A stretch of 64,000 nucleotides of DNA from Syntrophorhabdaceae bacterium (lineage in GTDB: Bacteria; Desulfobacterota; Syntrophorhabdia; Syntrophorhabdales; Syntrophorhabdaceae). The notes beneath the pieces are model-generated. The model was given only the letters and a program-made list of their open reading frames with translations. It was not told the DNA's origin and searched no databases. The translations under genes were made by a program, and so were the position numbers. The stretch spans positions 512,001 through 576,000 of the forward strand of contig CAXXUO010000002.1 in NCBI GenBank assembly GCA_963666485.2, read 5' to 3'. Position 1 is the stretch's first letter; the number at the start of each line of letters is the position of its first letter. Of the stretch, positions 8,737 to 17,608 are shown piece after piece.

Positions 8737-9645
8737 ATGAACGTTCTGGGAACGATAGCACCCATTTTTATCATCATAGCGTTCGGTTTTTTGCTGACCT
8801 ACAAGCGGGTGCTGTCGGAGAGGTTCATATCGGAGGCAAACCGGTTTCTCTTTCAATTTCCCCTGCCTTTCCTCATTTTCATCGGGATCGTCAAAAGCGG
8901 GCTTGCAAGCACCGGGTGCCTCCCGATCGTCGCGGTGACCGCACCGTCCCTTGTAGTCGTGGGCTGTGCCCTCGTGATAGCAAAAATGGCCCGGTACAAC
9001 GGGGCCAAACTGGGAAGCTTCGTCCAGTCAACTTTTCATGGAAATGTCACATATATCGGCCTCGCCGTGCTGTTCTACATGTTCGGCGAAGAGGGGCTTC
9101 AAAGGGGGAGCCTGCTTGCCGGCACCCTTATCCTCTTTAATAATGCACTCGCCATCACGATCCTCGCCCTTTCATCGGGCAGGCATCAGAGCCCTTTCAG
9201 GATCGCGGTGTCCATTCTTACAACACCGATCATCATGGCCACCTTCGCGGCGATCATCATAGTTTTACTGGACATTTCGCTGCCGGCCGTCATCATGAAA
9301 AGCGTGGAGACGGTGGCCAACATATCCCTTCCGCTGGCTCTTATAATAATAGGCGGCTCTATATCGCCCGCCATGCTCCGCACGACATTTCGCCCGGCGA
9401 TCATCACGACCGTTCTCAAAATGCTCGTCCTTCCCGGGATCGCGTTCCTGTTCTACCGGATGTGCACCCCGGACATCACCCAGGCAATCCCCGCCATGGT
9501 CCTGCTTGCCACCCCGACCGCAATAACCGCATATATAATGGCCCGCGAGATGGGCGGCGATGCCGAGCTCGCATCCGGCTGCATCACGCTGTCGACGTTC
9601 GCCTCACCGGTGGTGTACTGGTTTTGGATGATGATGCTGTCATAA
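8737..9645 (+). CDS. AEC (auxin efflux carrier) family transporter
   Basis: About 10 TM helices; GNVTYIGL, PLALIIIG, PTAITAYIMAREMGGD. Confidence 0.88.
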   Translation: MNVLGTIAPIFIIIAFGFLLTYKRVLSERFISEANRFLFQFPLPFLIFIGIVKSGLASTGCLPIVAVTAPSLVVVGCALVIAKMARYNGAKLGSFVQSTFHGNVTYIGLAVLFYMFGEEGLQRGSLLAGTLILFNNALAITILALSSGRHQSPFRIAVSILTTPIIMATFAAIIIVLLDISLPAVIMKSVETVANISLPLALIIIGGSISPAMLRTTFRPAIITTVLKMLVLPGIAFLFYRMCTPDITQAIPAMVLLATPTAITAYIMAREMGGDAELASGCITLSTFASPVVYWFWMMMLS

Positions 9646-9854
9646 CCATCCCCGTCATTCCGGCGAAAGCCGGAATCCAGTGTCTTTTGGCTTTTTCTTT
9701 CTTCTAAATGCATACCGGAATAATAAAAGGCAATAGTCCGGTCAAGGTAAGTGTTTCGATCCTATCTGCTTGAATGCCATTTAACTTTAATGAGTAATAA
9801 AAATAAAAGACACTGGGTCCCGGCTTTCGCCGGGATGACGGCGGGGAATGGTTA
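9643..9854. mobile_element. REPIN/MITE-like element: two inverted CGTC-REP arms around an AT-rich spacer
   Basis: Left arm TAACCATCCCCGTCATTCCGGCGAAAGCCGGAATCCAGTGTCTTTT; right arm AAAAGACACTGGGTCCCGGCTTTCGCCGGGATGACGGCGGGGAATGGTTA. Confidence 0.7.
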
Positions 9855-10667
9855 CGGTTTGATTTCGTTGAGTTTTTCGATGACCGGCTCGAACCCTATC
9901 CGTTCGGCGTCGAGGGTTTCAATAACCACCTTGCCGGCATAGCCGAGGTCCTTGAGACCGCGCAGTATCCGTGCCATATCTATCAAGCCATCATTGAAGT
10001 CGTGATCATCCCGGGTGCCGTCGTTGTTGTGAAGATGAACATGAAAAAGATGGTCAATGCCCATCCTGCGGACATCGTCCAGGATCGAGCCTTCCGGGTC
10101 CGGGTCTTTTGCGGCCCGTTTCGAAATATAGGCGTGGCCGATATCGAGGGCGACGCCGATGCCGGGGGCCCGGGTACGGATATCGTCAAACTCGTCGAGC
10201 TGCTGGAAATAGAAGTAGGACATGAACACATTTTCGAGGGCGACCCTGACTCCCAAAGCCTGCGCCTCGTCGGCGACGCCCTTGAGTTCCACGAGGAACC
10301 GGTCGCGCAGCCCTGCGTCGAATTCCTTGAGTTTGCGAAAGAACGAATACCCGGGGTGGATCACGACCGGGTCCGCGCCGAGGCGCGCGCTGAGTTCAAG
10401 GCACGCTGAAACCCGTCCCCGCGACAGGCGGAGGATCTCATCGAGGTAACTTCCGAGGTTCGTTTCCAGGAAGGGGCCGTGCATCGAAAATTGGATCCCC
10501 TGATCACGGAGCGTTCCTACCTTTTCTATAAGCCTGTCGTCATAATGAAAGAGGTGCGGAGGTTCGTAGGAAAGCTCGATGGCCCTGAACCCGGACTCAA
10601 GGATACGATCAATGACCCCCGTCAGGCTGTCGTTCGTCAGGAAATATGTGGAAAAGCCGAAATTCAT
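9852..10667 (-). CDS. Sugar phosphate isomerase/epimerase family (AP endonuclease 2 TIM barrel)
   Basis: SMHGP, IHPG, ALEN, LDIGH, HVHLHNNDG..DDH, VIE. Start moved to ATG 10667 because the upstream extension is translated repeat. Confidence 0.85.
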   Translation of the reverse strand: MNFGFSTYFLTNDSLTGVIDRILESGFRAIELSYEPPHLFHYDDRLIEKVGTLRDQGIQFSMHGPFLETNLGSYLDEILRLSRGRVSACLELSARLGADPVVIHPGYSFFRKLKEFDAGLRDRFLVELKGVADEAQALGVRVALENVFMSYFYFQQLDEFDDIRTRAPGIGVALDIGHAYISKRAAKDPDPEGSILDDVRRMGIDHLFHVHLHNNDGTRDDHDFNDGLIDMARILRGLKDLGYAGKVVIETLDAERIGFEPVIEKLNEIKP

Positions 10668-10674
10668 AGAAAAA

Positions 10675-10752
10675 GGGCTATAGGCGATAGGCGATAGGAT
10701 CAAAAATTTCTTTTCCTATAGCCTCTTGCCTATTGCCTATAGCCTCGCAGCC
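10675..10752. repeat. Inverted pair of heptamer arrays (GGCTATA/GGCGATA ... TATAGCC/TATTGCC)
   Basis: GGGCTATAGGCGATAGGCGATAGG (10675-10698) and CCTATAGCCTCTTGCCTATTGCCTATAGCC (from 10715). Confidence 0.8.
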
Positions 10753-10753
10753 T

Positions 10754-11401
10754 TTATTTCTTGAGCGCCTTTATTATGTCGTCCCGGATCTGCATGCTGT
10801 CCAGGGATGCTATCTTTATGAGGAGACCTTCTTTTTTATAGAAATCGATCAGGGGAGCGGTCTTTTCGTTGTAGGTCTCGAGCCGCTGCTTGATCGCTTC
10901 TTCTGTCTCATCCGCGCGCTGAACGGCCGGGGAGCCGCATTTGAAGCAGGTTCCGTCCGGTTTTGGCGGCTTGCTTTTAATGTTGTATATTTCCTGGCAG
11001 TCGGGGTTCGAGCATGTCCGCCTCGTGGTCAGCCTGTCGAGGATGACCTCCGTCGGGACGTCGAGGTTGATCGCAGCGTCGAGTTTCATCCCGATCTTCT
11101 CGAGGAGTTTTTTCAATGCCTCTGCCTGGGGGATCGTCCGCGGGAAACCATCGAGGAGAAAACCTTTCTGGCAGTCCGGCTCTTTCATCCGTACTTCCAT
11201 GATGTCCATGATGAGGTCGTCGGGGACGAGTTCGCCGCGCTCCATATACCCTTTTGCCTTTTTGCCCAATTCCGAGCCTGCCTTAACGGCGTTGCGCAAA
11301 ATGTCACCTGTCGAGATCTGTACTGAACCGTCAAATTCTGTCAGAGATTTCGCGACTGTGCCCTTGCCTGCTCCCGGTGCTCCCAATAATACGATACGCA
11401 T
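10754..11401 (-). CDS. adk: Adenylate kinase (Zn-binding LID)
   Basis: GAPGAGKGT, STGDILR, LDGFPRT, LID CSNPDC...CFKC, RADE. Confidence 0.97.
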   Translation of the reverse strand: MRIVLLGAPGAGKGTVAKSLTEFDGSVQISTGDILRNAVKAGSELGKKAKGYMERGELVPDDLIMDIMEVRMKEPDCQKGFLLDGFPRTIPQAEALKKLLEKIGMKLDAAINLDVPTEVILDRLTTRRTCSNPDCQEIYNIKSKPPKPDGTCFKCGSPAVQRADETEEAIKQRLETYNEKTAPLIDFYKKEGLLIKIASLDSMQIRDDIIKALKK

Positions 11402-11522
11402 GATTGATCCTCCTTTGCGTTATATATGATCGATTGCGAAATTTCCTGAGTCTACCAAAAAAATCCAAAAAAATCACCGACAAAAACATAACCGCCGCCT
11501 CTGGCGCCACTCTGTCGCGTTC

Positions 11523-11551
11523 TTGACATGTCCCGCACGGCGGGTCATAAT
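11523..11551 (+). promoter_or_regulatory. Putative sigma70 promoter of the helicase gene
   Basis: TTGACA-N17-CATAAT. Confidence 0.7.
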
Positions 11552-11560
11552 TGTATCGCC

Positions 11561-13546
11561 GTGAAAAAATATACGATCCACCGCGATGTGTCGCCGGTCA
11601 AGACCACGATCGATTACGAACGCGAATTGAATGAGGAGCAGCGCAATGTTGTCCTCTCCGGTGACGGGCCGATCCTCGTCATCGCGGGGGCCGGCAGCGG
11701 CAAGACCCGGGTCGTCACCTACCGGGTCGCACGCCTGCTCGAGAGGGGCGTCCCACCCGGCGGGATCCTGCTCCTCACCTTCACGAACAAGGCGGCCCGG
11801 GAAATGCTCCATCGCGTTGAGCACCTCATCAAGATGGACACCCGGTACATATGGGGGGGGACATTTCACCACATCGGTAACCTTGTCCTGCGTCAGCATG
11901 CCGACCGGGTAGGCTATCACAGGAATTTCACGATACTCGACAACGAAGATGCGAAGGATGTCGTGGAGCTTGCGGTAAAGGAATCGGGCGTGAACACGAA
12001 GAACAGGATGTTCCCCAAGAGCGGCGTCCTCAAGGAACTGTTCAGCTACGCAGCGAACACGATGCAGACGATCGAGGAGGCGATCCGGGAACGCAATCCC
12101 TTCTTTTACGACCTCGTCGACGAGATGGCGTCGATCCACGCTATATACAACCGCAAGAAGCGGGAAACGAACGCGATGGACTTCGACGACCTTCTTGCCT
12201 GCTGGCACAGGATACTTGCTGAAGATACCGAGCTTTGCAAGCTCTACGCGATGACGTTCATGCATATCCTGGTCGACGAGTACCAGGACACGAACCGGAT
12301 ACAGTCGGAAATAATAGACTTCATGGGTTTTATCAACAGGAACGTGATGGTCGTCGGTGATGATGCGCAGAGCATTTATTCATTCCGCGGGGCCAATTTC
12401 CAGAACATCCTCGACTTCCCCAAAAAATATAAAGAGGCAAACATTTTCAAACTAGAAACAAACTACCGCAGCACCCCCGAGATACTGGACCTCGCGAATG
12501 ATTCGATCTCATACAACATCAACCAGTTCGAGAAAAACCTCCACAGCATGAGGCAAAACGGCGTCATCCCGGTCGTCGCACCTTCGCGGGACGTGATCCA
12601 GCAGGCCGAGTTCGTGGCTCAAAGGATCCTGGAACTATCGGATGAAGGTATCCCGCTCGACAGGATCTCAGTCCTTTACCGCGCGCATTATCATTCGATG
12701 GAAGTCCAGATGGAACTGACCCGCCGGGGAATACCGTTCGATATCCGAAGCGGCCTGAGGTTCTTTGAACAGGCACACATCAAGGACGTCGTGTCGTTCC
12801 TGCGGGTCCTATCCAATCCTAACGATGAGATCTCATGGAGGCGGATGTTCCAGATATTCCCGCGTATCGGGAAAAAGACGGCGGACACTATTTATGCATA
12901 CCTGAAAGAGAACGCCGATCCCTTCGAGCCTCTCATCTCCCGGAAGATCGCGGAAAAGTTCAAGAGCATCAGAAAAGAGAACATAGACGTTTGGGCAGAC
13001 CTTTTTGCCGAGCTGAAAGGCCTGCAGAACAACGAGGCCCCCGGGGACATGATCTCGGCCGTCCTCAAGCACGGCTACATTGAATACCTGAAATTCACGT
13101 ATCCCAATTACGAGGCCCGCCTCGAAGACGTAGGCCAGCTCATCAATTTCTCGACGAAATACGACTCCCTCGATGCATTCCTCAGCGAACTGTCCCTCAT
13201 GAGCGGCTTGTCCGGTGAGGAGGTCGTAGCGGCAGGCGATTTCGACGAAGAGAGGGTCATCCTCAGCACGATCCACCAGGCAAAAGGCCTCGAGTGGCAG
13301 GTCGTCTTTATTATATGGTGTGCGGAAGGAAGGTTCCCCAACCCGAAGGCCGTCGAAGAAGGCGCGATCGAGGAAGAGAGGCGCCTTTTCTATGTAGCGT
13401 CAACGCGTGCCATGGACGAGCTCTACCTGTGTTATCCGATTCTCGCCTTTGACCGCCAGGCAGGCCACATCATCATGCGCCCGTCACGGTTTTTGGCGGA
13501 ATTGAAAGGTTCGCTCTATGAGGAGTGGTCGATCGGCGAATACTGA
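11561..13546 (+). CDS. ATP-dependent DNA helicase, UvrD/PcrA/Rep family (SF1A)
   Basis: AGAGSGKT, TFTNKAA, VDEYQD, GDDAQSIYSFRGA, NYRS, TIHQAKGLE, EERRLFYVA. GTG 11561 preferred because ATG 11528 overlaps the -35 box. Confidence 0.93.
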   Translation: MKKYTIHRDVSPVKTTIDYERELNEEQRNVVLSGDGPILVIAGAGSGKTRVVTYRVARLLERGVPPGGILLLTFTNKAAREMLHRVEHLIKMDTRYIWGGTFHHIGNLVLRQHADRVGYHRNFTILDNEDAKDVVELAVKESGVNTKNRMFPKSGVLKELFSYAANTMQTIEEAIRERNPFFYDLVDEMASIHAIYNRKKRETNAMDFDDLLACWHRILAEDTELCKLYAMTFMHILVDEYQDTNRIQSEIIDFMGFINRNVMVVGDDAQSIYSFRGANFQNILDFPKKYKEANIFKLETNYRSTPEILDLANDSISYNINQFEKNLHSMRQNGVIPVVAPSRDVIQQAEFVAQRILELSDEGIPLDRISVLYRAHYHSMEVQMELTRRGIPFDIRSGLRFFEQAHIKDVVSFLRVLSNPNDEISWRRMFQIFPRIGKKTADTIYAYLKENADPFEPLISRKIAEKFKSIRKENIDVWADLFAELKGLQNNEAPGDMISAVLKHGYIEYLKFTYPNYEARLEDVGQLINFSTKYDSLDAFLSELSLMSGLSGEEVVAAGDFDEERVILSTIHQAKGLEWQVVFIIWCAEGRFPNPKAVEEGAIEEERRLFYVASTRAMDELYLCYPILAFDRQAGHIIMRPSRFLAELKGSLYEEWSIGEY

Positions 13547-13552
13547 AAAGAC

Positions 13553-13636
13553 GGTTCAAGGTTTAAAGTTCAAGGTTCAAAGTTAAAAAAACAGCCCCCA
13601 TCCACCAATCCAGCTTTGAACTTTGAACTTTGAACT
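13553..13636. repeat. Inverted pair of heptamer arrays (TTCAAGG/TTCAAAG ... (CTTTGAA)3)
   Basis: GGTTCAAGGTTTAAAGTTCAAGGTTCAAAGTT (13553-13584) and CTTTGAACTTTGAACTTTGAAC (from 13614), between convergent genes. Confidence 0.85.
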
Positions 13637-13654
13637 GGAAAGTTTTTATCAACG

Positions 13655-14686
13655 TCAGTTGATAAAAACTTTCTTGTATTTCGGCATCTCTTCCAGCGCT
13701 TTCCCGCAGCCCATCGTAACGGATACAAGAGGGTCATCGGCTACTATGACGTTGATCCCGGTCTCGTTCTCGATCCTCTGGTCAAGGCCCTTGAGGAGTG
13801 CGCCGCCGCCGGTCAGCACCATGCCGGTCTCATTCAGATCGGAGACGAACTCGGCGGGAAGCTTCTCGAGGGCACGCCGGACCGAATCGAGTATCGCCGA
13901 GATCGGCTCCTCGATCGCTTCGCGCACCTCTTCCTTCGATATCTTGATGCTCCTCGGTATGCTCGTCAGGAGGTCTTTTCCGACAACGTTGATGAAATCA
14001 CTCAGGGAGTCTATCGGGTAGGCCGAGGCCCCTTCTATCTTTATCTTTTCCGCGGCGATGACGCCTATGGCGAGCTGGTGCTTTTTCTGGAGGTACCGGA
14101 CGATCGCCTCGTCAAGCTCATCGCCTGCCACCCGCAGGGATTCGCTGTATGCTACCGCCGAGAGGCTTATGATCGCCACTTCCGTCGTGCCGCCGCCGAT
14201 ATCGATGATCATGTTACCGCGGGGAAGCTCGATGGGCATTCCTGCGCCTATCGAGGCGGCCATTGGCTCCTCCATCAGGTACACGTCACGGATGCCGACC
14301 TGGAAGCACGCATCGATGACCGCTTTCTTCTCGACCTGCGTTATGCCCGACGGTACGCCGACAACCATCCTCGGCTTCGATATCTTCCGCTCGTTGCTCA
14401 CAACCTTCAGGAAGTACTTGATCATGGCCTTCGCGACGTCGAAATCCGCGATGACGCCATCTTTCAGGGGGCGAATTGCGCTGATATTGGGCGGGGTGCG
14501 CCCGATATACTCCTTTGCCTCTTTCCCGACCGCGATGACCTTGCCCGTGTTATTATCGATAGCCACAACGGAGGGCTGATTGAGGACAATGCCCTCGCCC
14601 TTCATATAAATAAGGGTATTGGCCGTGCCAAGGTCCATGGCAAGATGAGTGGAAAACATCCCGAATATATTTCTGAAGAACCCCAT
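13655..14686 (-). CDS. mreB: Rod shape-determining protein MreB paralogue (no mreC/mreD adjacent)
   Basis: DLGTANT, RPLKDGVIADF, EEPMAASIGAG, DIGGGTTE, LTGGGALL. Confidence 0.93.
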   Translation of the reverse strand: MGFFRNIFGMFSTHLAMDLGTANTLIYMKGEGIVLNQPSVVAIDNNTGKVIAVGKEAKEYIGRTPPNISAIRPLKDGVIADFDVAKAMIKYFLKVVSNERKISKPRMVVGVPSGITQVEKKAVIDACFQVGIRDVYLMEEPMAASIGAGMPIELPRGNMIIDIGGGTTEVAIISLSAVAYSESLRVAGDELDEAIVRYLQKKHQLAIGVIAAEKIKIEGASAYPIDSLSDFINVVGKDLLTSIPRSIKISKEEVREAIEEPISAILDSVRRALEKLPAEFVSDLNETGMVLTGGGALLKGLDQRIENETGINVIVADDPLVSVTMGCGKALEEMPKYKKVFIN

Positions 14687-14700
14687 CCCCCTTTTCCTCC

Positions 14701-16068
14701 CTATTCGATGTATTTTCGTATCTTCTTTTCTTCTATCCTGTCAAACAGTTCCCACGGGTCAGGCGAATCATCGGGGTAGCTCACTGTGCCGAGCTCGATC
14801 ACGCCCGCCCCCGGCGAAAGCCCCTCTTCTGCAAGGCTCTTGCCGATGGCGTGGTAAAGAAGCTTCATCATGTTCCGTGTCTCGTATGTCTCTCCACCTC
14901 GAAGCAAGACAAAGAACCGGCCGCCGTTCTTTCGGGCCACGAACGTTTTTCCGCCCGCGCAATAACGTATGACCTGGCATATTCTCCGCAGAAGTTCGTT
15001 GGTCCCGTCACAACCCATTTTCCGGTTATACAGGGCCATATTCCCGAGCTTAACACAAAGTATGGAAAATCTCTCTTTTTTCCTTGCCATCGATTCGACA
15101 ACACCGAGAAAAACAGGAAACTGCACAGCGCCGGTCACCGGGTCAAAATCACGGATCCTGTCGAGGTGTTCCCGCATCCACTGCGCGGTAAAATACAATG
15201 AGAACAGGGATGAAACATTTCTCAGGGGCCCTATGGCGCTCTCCCTCAGCTTCATCTCGTTGAGCGAAATAAACCCCAGGACACCGAACGCGGTATCTTC
15301 CGTGATAAGGGGAAATCCGAAGAACTGGCGCGCCTTGAACGGTTCGTTCGGGAAGAGGACCGGCTTTTCCCTCAAGTACGCGCTGTCGTGCGGCAGAAGC
15401 AGTTCGTGCCCCCCTTCGAGAACAAGCGAGGCTATGGCGGAAGCCTGGCACTCTTTCTTGACGACATCGTCTTCCGGGATTCCCGCGACGTCCTGGACAA
15501 CGAGCCGTCCTTTCCTTTCCGTCCCGATGAAGCAGAAAGAGCCCCCGGAGAGGCCGAGTATCTCGGACAGGACCTCCGGCGTCGAGACCCTGGATGTGTT
15601 GAGGGCGCTCAGGAGGTTCATTATCCTTCTTTCCGCAAAAAGCTCGTCGATCGTTTCCTCGGCGTGCTCGGCCCTCTCTTCTTTCTGTATCTCCTCGTGG
15701 ATGAGCGACGCGAACGAGGCCAGTATCTTCTTTTCCTTGTCGGTGAAAACGTACTTCTTCTTGCTGTCCACAATGATCACGCCGTTCGTGTCCATCGGGT
15801 AACCCATGAAAGACTTGATGCCTTCATTCGCCCCGTAATAACCCAGCGCATCCTCGTCCTTATCGAAATTGGGGATGATAAGGGGCGCATTGTGCTTGAT
15901 GACCCATCCCGGCAGGGTACTTTCTATAGGAACGGGCCGCCTCTGGTCGAAGCTCCGGGCGAACGTGACCGAGGATATGCAATTGAGCATATCTTTTTCA
16001 CGTATATACAGGGCGACGGTAAATGCCTCGTAGATATTGAAGATAAGCTGCGAGAGTCTGTCGATCAT
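14701..16068 (-). CDS. GAF-GAF-degenerate GGDEF domain protein
   Basis: Two GAF-like segments (GWVIKHNAPL...SFMGYPM; FFGFPL...GVLGF), D-P-V-T-G linker, and RKNGGRFFVLL in place of RYGGDEF. Confidence 0.75.
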   Translation of the reverse strand: MIDRLSQLIFNIYEAFTVALYIREKDMLNCISSVTFARSFDQRRPVPIESTLPGWVIKHNAPLIIPNFDKDEDALGYYGANEGIKSFMGYPMDTNGVIIVDSKKKYVFTDKEKKILASFASLIHEEIQKEERAEHAEETIDELFAERRIMNLLSALNTSRVSTPEVLSEILGLSGGSFCFIGTERKGRLVVQDVAGIPEDDVVKKECQASAIASLVLEGGHELLLPHDSAYLREKPVLFPNEPFKARQFFGFPLITEDTAFGVLGFISLNEMKLRESAIGPLRNVSSLFSLYFTAQWMREHLDRIRDFDPVTGAVQFPVFLGVVESMARKKERFSILCVKLGNMALYNRKMGCDGTNELLRRICQVIRYCAGGKTFVARKNGGRFFVLLRGGETYETRNMMKLLYHAIGKSLAEEGLSPGAGVIELGTVSYPDDSPDPWELFDRIEEKKIRKYIE

Positions 16069-16115
16069 TCTATAACCGAATTATGTCATTAGGGAACAAC
16101 CGGTGTCAATTGATA

Positions 16116-17063
16116 TCAACCGTATTCCTCGAACCCTGCCGAATAGGGTATCCCGAGTTTCTCAAGGGTCCGGCAGTAGCCGCACATACCCCCGCCTGAC
16201 GGGTACCCGCACACGCCGCAATAACCGGCACCGGCATCGGTCTTCCGGGAGCTACCCTGCCCGGACCGCTGTTTCACCTCTTCAAGTTCCTTCAGGTATC
16301 CCTTGATGAACATGAGCTTCGTTCCCGGCGAGCCTTCCTCGATCTTCCCCAGGATGTTCTTGTACGTAATTGTCTTCGCACCTTTCGAAAAAGGGCATTC
16401 CTCGTAAATATAGTCAATGCCGGATATGATGGCATATGCCGCGACCTCACGCTCCGAGCACAGAAAGAACGGCTTTGCCTTGCGCGACAGGTGGCCTTCG
16501 TCCTCGTCGAGGGATATATCCTTCTTCCACAAGTATTCCTTTTTCCAGTAAAGGACATTCCCGAACAGGGCGGCGGCCTCGTCGTCGAGATTGTGCCCGG
16601 TCAGCAAAAGGTTGTACCCTTTTTCCATGCAGATCTTGTTCATGACATATCGCTTGATCATGCCGCATGCCGAACATGGCGCCCTGCGCAGCACCTTTGC
16701 AACCTCTGCAATGTCCCGCTCAAAGACCCGGGGAACGTGAAATATGTGGACCTTCCTGCCGATCGTGTCCGCAACGGCCTTGATCTTCGCGAGTGACGTC
16801 AGTGAATAGTCGCCGATGCCAAGGTTGACGTAAACGCCGTCGGCTGCGATGCCCATCCTGTGCAGCAGCACCCACAGTGAGAGTGAGTCCTTTCCTCCGG
16901 ACACGGCGACGACGGGACGATCGCCTTCCCGGATAAGTCCATACCGCCTTATCGTTGTCTGTACTCTTTTTTCAAAAAAGATGAGGAAGTGTGTATCGCA
17001 GAACGCTGTCTTATGCGACCTTAAGGCTACGCTCGCGGTCTCGCCGCAGACCCGGCATTTCAT
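16116..17063 (-). CDS. ttuA: tRNA thiolation protein, TtuA/Ncs6(Ctu1) family PP-loop ATPase
   Basis: N-terminal CxxC...CxxH, SGGKDS, CSACG, GHNLDD, ECP, C-terminal CxxC...CxxC. Confidence 0.82.
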   Translation of the reverse strand: MKCRVCGETASVALRSHKTAFCDTHFLIFFEKRVQTTIRRYGLIREGDRPVVAVSGGKDSLSLWVLLHRMGIAADGVYVNLGIGDYSLTSLAKIKAVADTIGRKVHIFHVPRVFERDIAEVAKVLRRAPCSACGMIKRYVMNKICMEKGYNLLLTGHNLDDEAAALFGNVLYWKKEYLWKKDISLDEDEGHLSRKAKPFFLCSEREVAAYAIISGIDYIYEECPFSKGAKTITYKNILGKIEEGSPGTKLMFIKGYLKELEEVKQRSGQGSSRKTDAGAGYCGVCGYPSGGGMCGYCRTLEKLGIPYSAGFEEYG

Positions 17064-17248
17064 CCGCCCGAAACAACCCGTATGACGCGTACATTGTCGC
17101 CGGCCCGAAGGCGATGATCTTCCGTGACGAGCCTGTTGTTGGCGACGACGAGGTGCCCTTCTTTACTAATGGATAGTTCCTCGAGCAACCGCGACACGAG
17201 CATCGGCTTTTCAAACGTGTATTCCCTGCCGTCCCAATTGACATTCAT
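17060..17248 (-). CDS. Ubiquitin-like sulfur carrier (TtuB/ThiS/MoaD family)
   Basis: 62 aa ending VVSGG; ATGA overlap with the ttuA-like gene. Confidence 0.85.
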   Translation of the reverse strand: MNVNWDGREYTFEKPMLVSRLLEELSISKEGHLVVANNRLVTEDHRLRAGDNVRVIRVVSGG

Positions 17249-17289
17249 GGGTATTTCTTTAGCATATGGACATGATGAAGTCAAAGGGC

Positions 17290-17505
17290 GGCGTACGGCT
17301 GACGGCGTACGGCTGACGGAAAAAACAGAATAACTTCGATCGATGGACTGTAGGCGACAGGAAAGTACTCGTTGCCCCGGTATTGTTTTGTGTATTGGTC
17401 CCGATCATACAGGACAGTCAGTCCCTCCTTGGTCGAACCTTCATGCAGTTTCTTTAGCCTTCCTTGCGCCTTTCGCCGTACGCCGTTAGCCGTTAGCCGT
17501 ACGCC
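17290..17505. repeat. Inverted pair of heptamer arrays (GGCGTAC/GGCTGAC ... GTACGCC/GTTAGCC)
   Basis: GGCGTACGGCTGACGGCGTACGGCTGACGG (17290-17319) and CGCCTTTCGCCGTACGCCGTTAGCCGTTAGCCGTACGCC (17467-17505). Confidence 0.85.
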
Positions 17506-17608
17506 TTGCTTTTCCCATTTTCATGCTTATATTTCTAGCAGATTTTCGGATGTACATTGTTTGACACGAAGAAAACAATTTAAGACGAAGCTTTAAGAGG
17601 TGCATAGA

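Noticed and set aside
10668..10703. N-terminal extension MILSPIAYSPFS of the TIM-barrel gene
   Set aside because: It is a translation of the heptamer arm.
17510..17608. CIRCE/HrcA operator upstream of clpB
   Set aside because: No TTAGCACTC-N9-GAGTGCTAA match.
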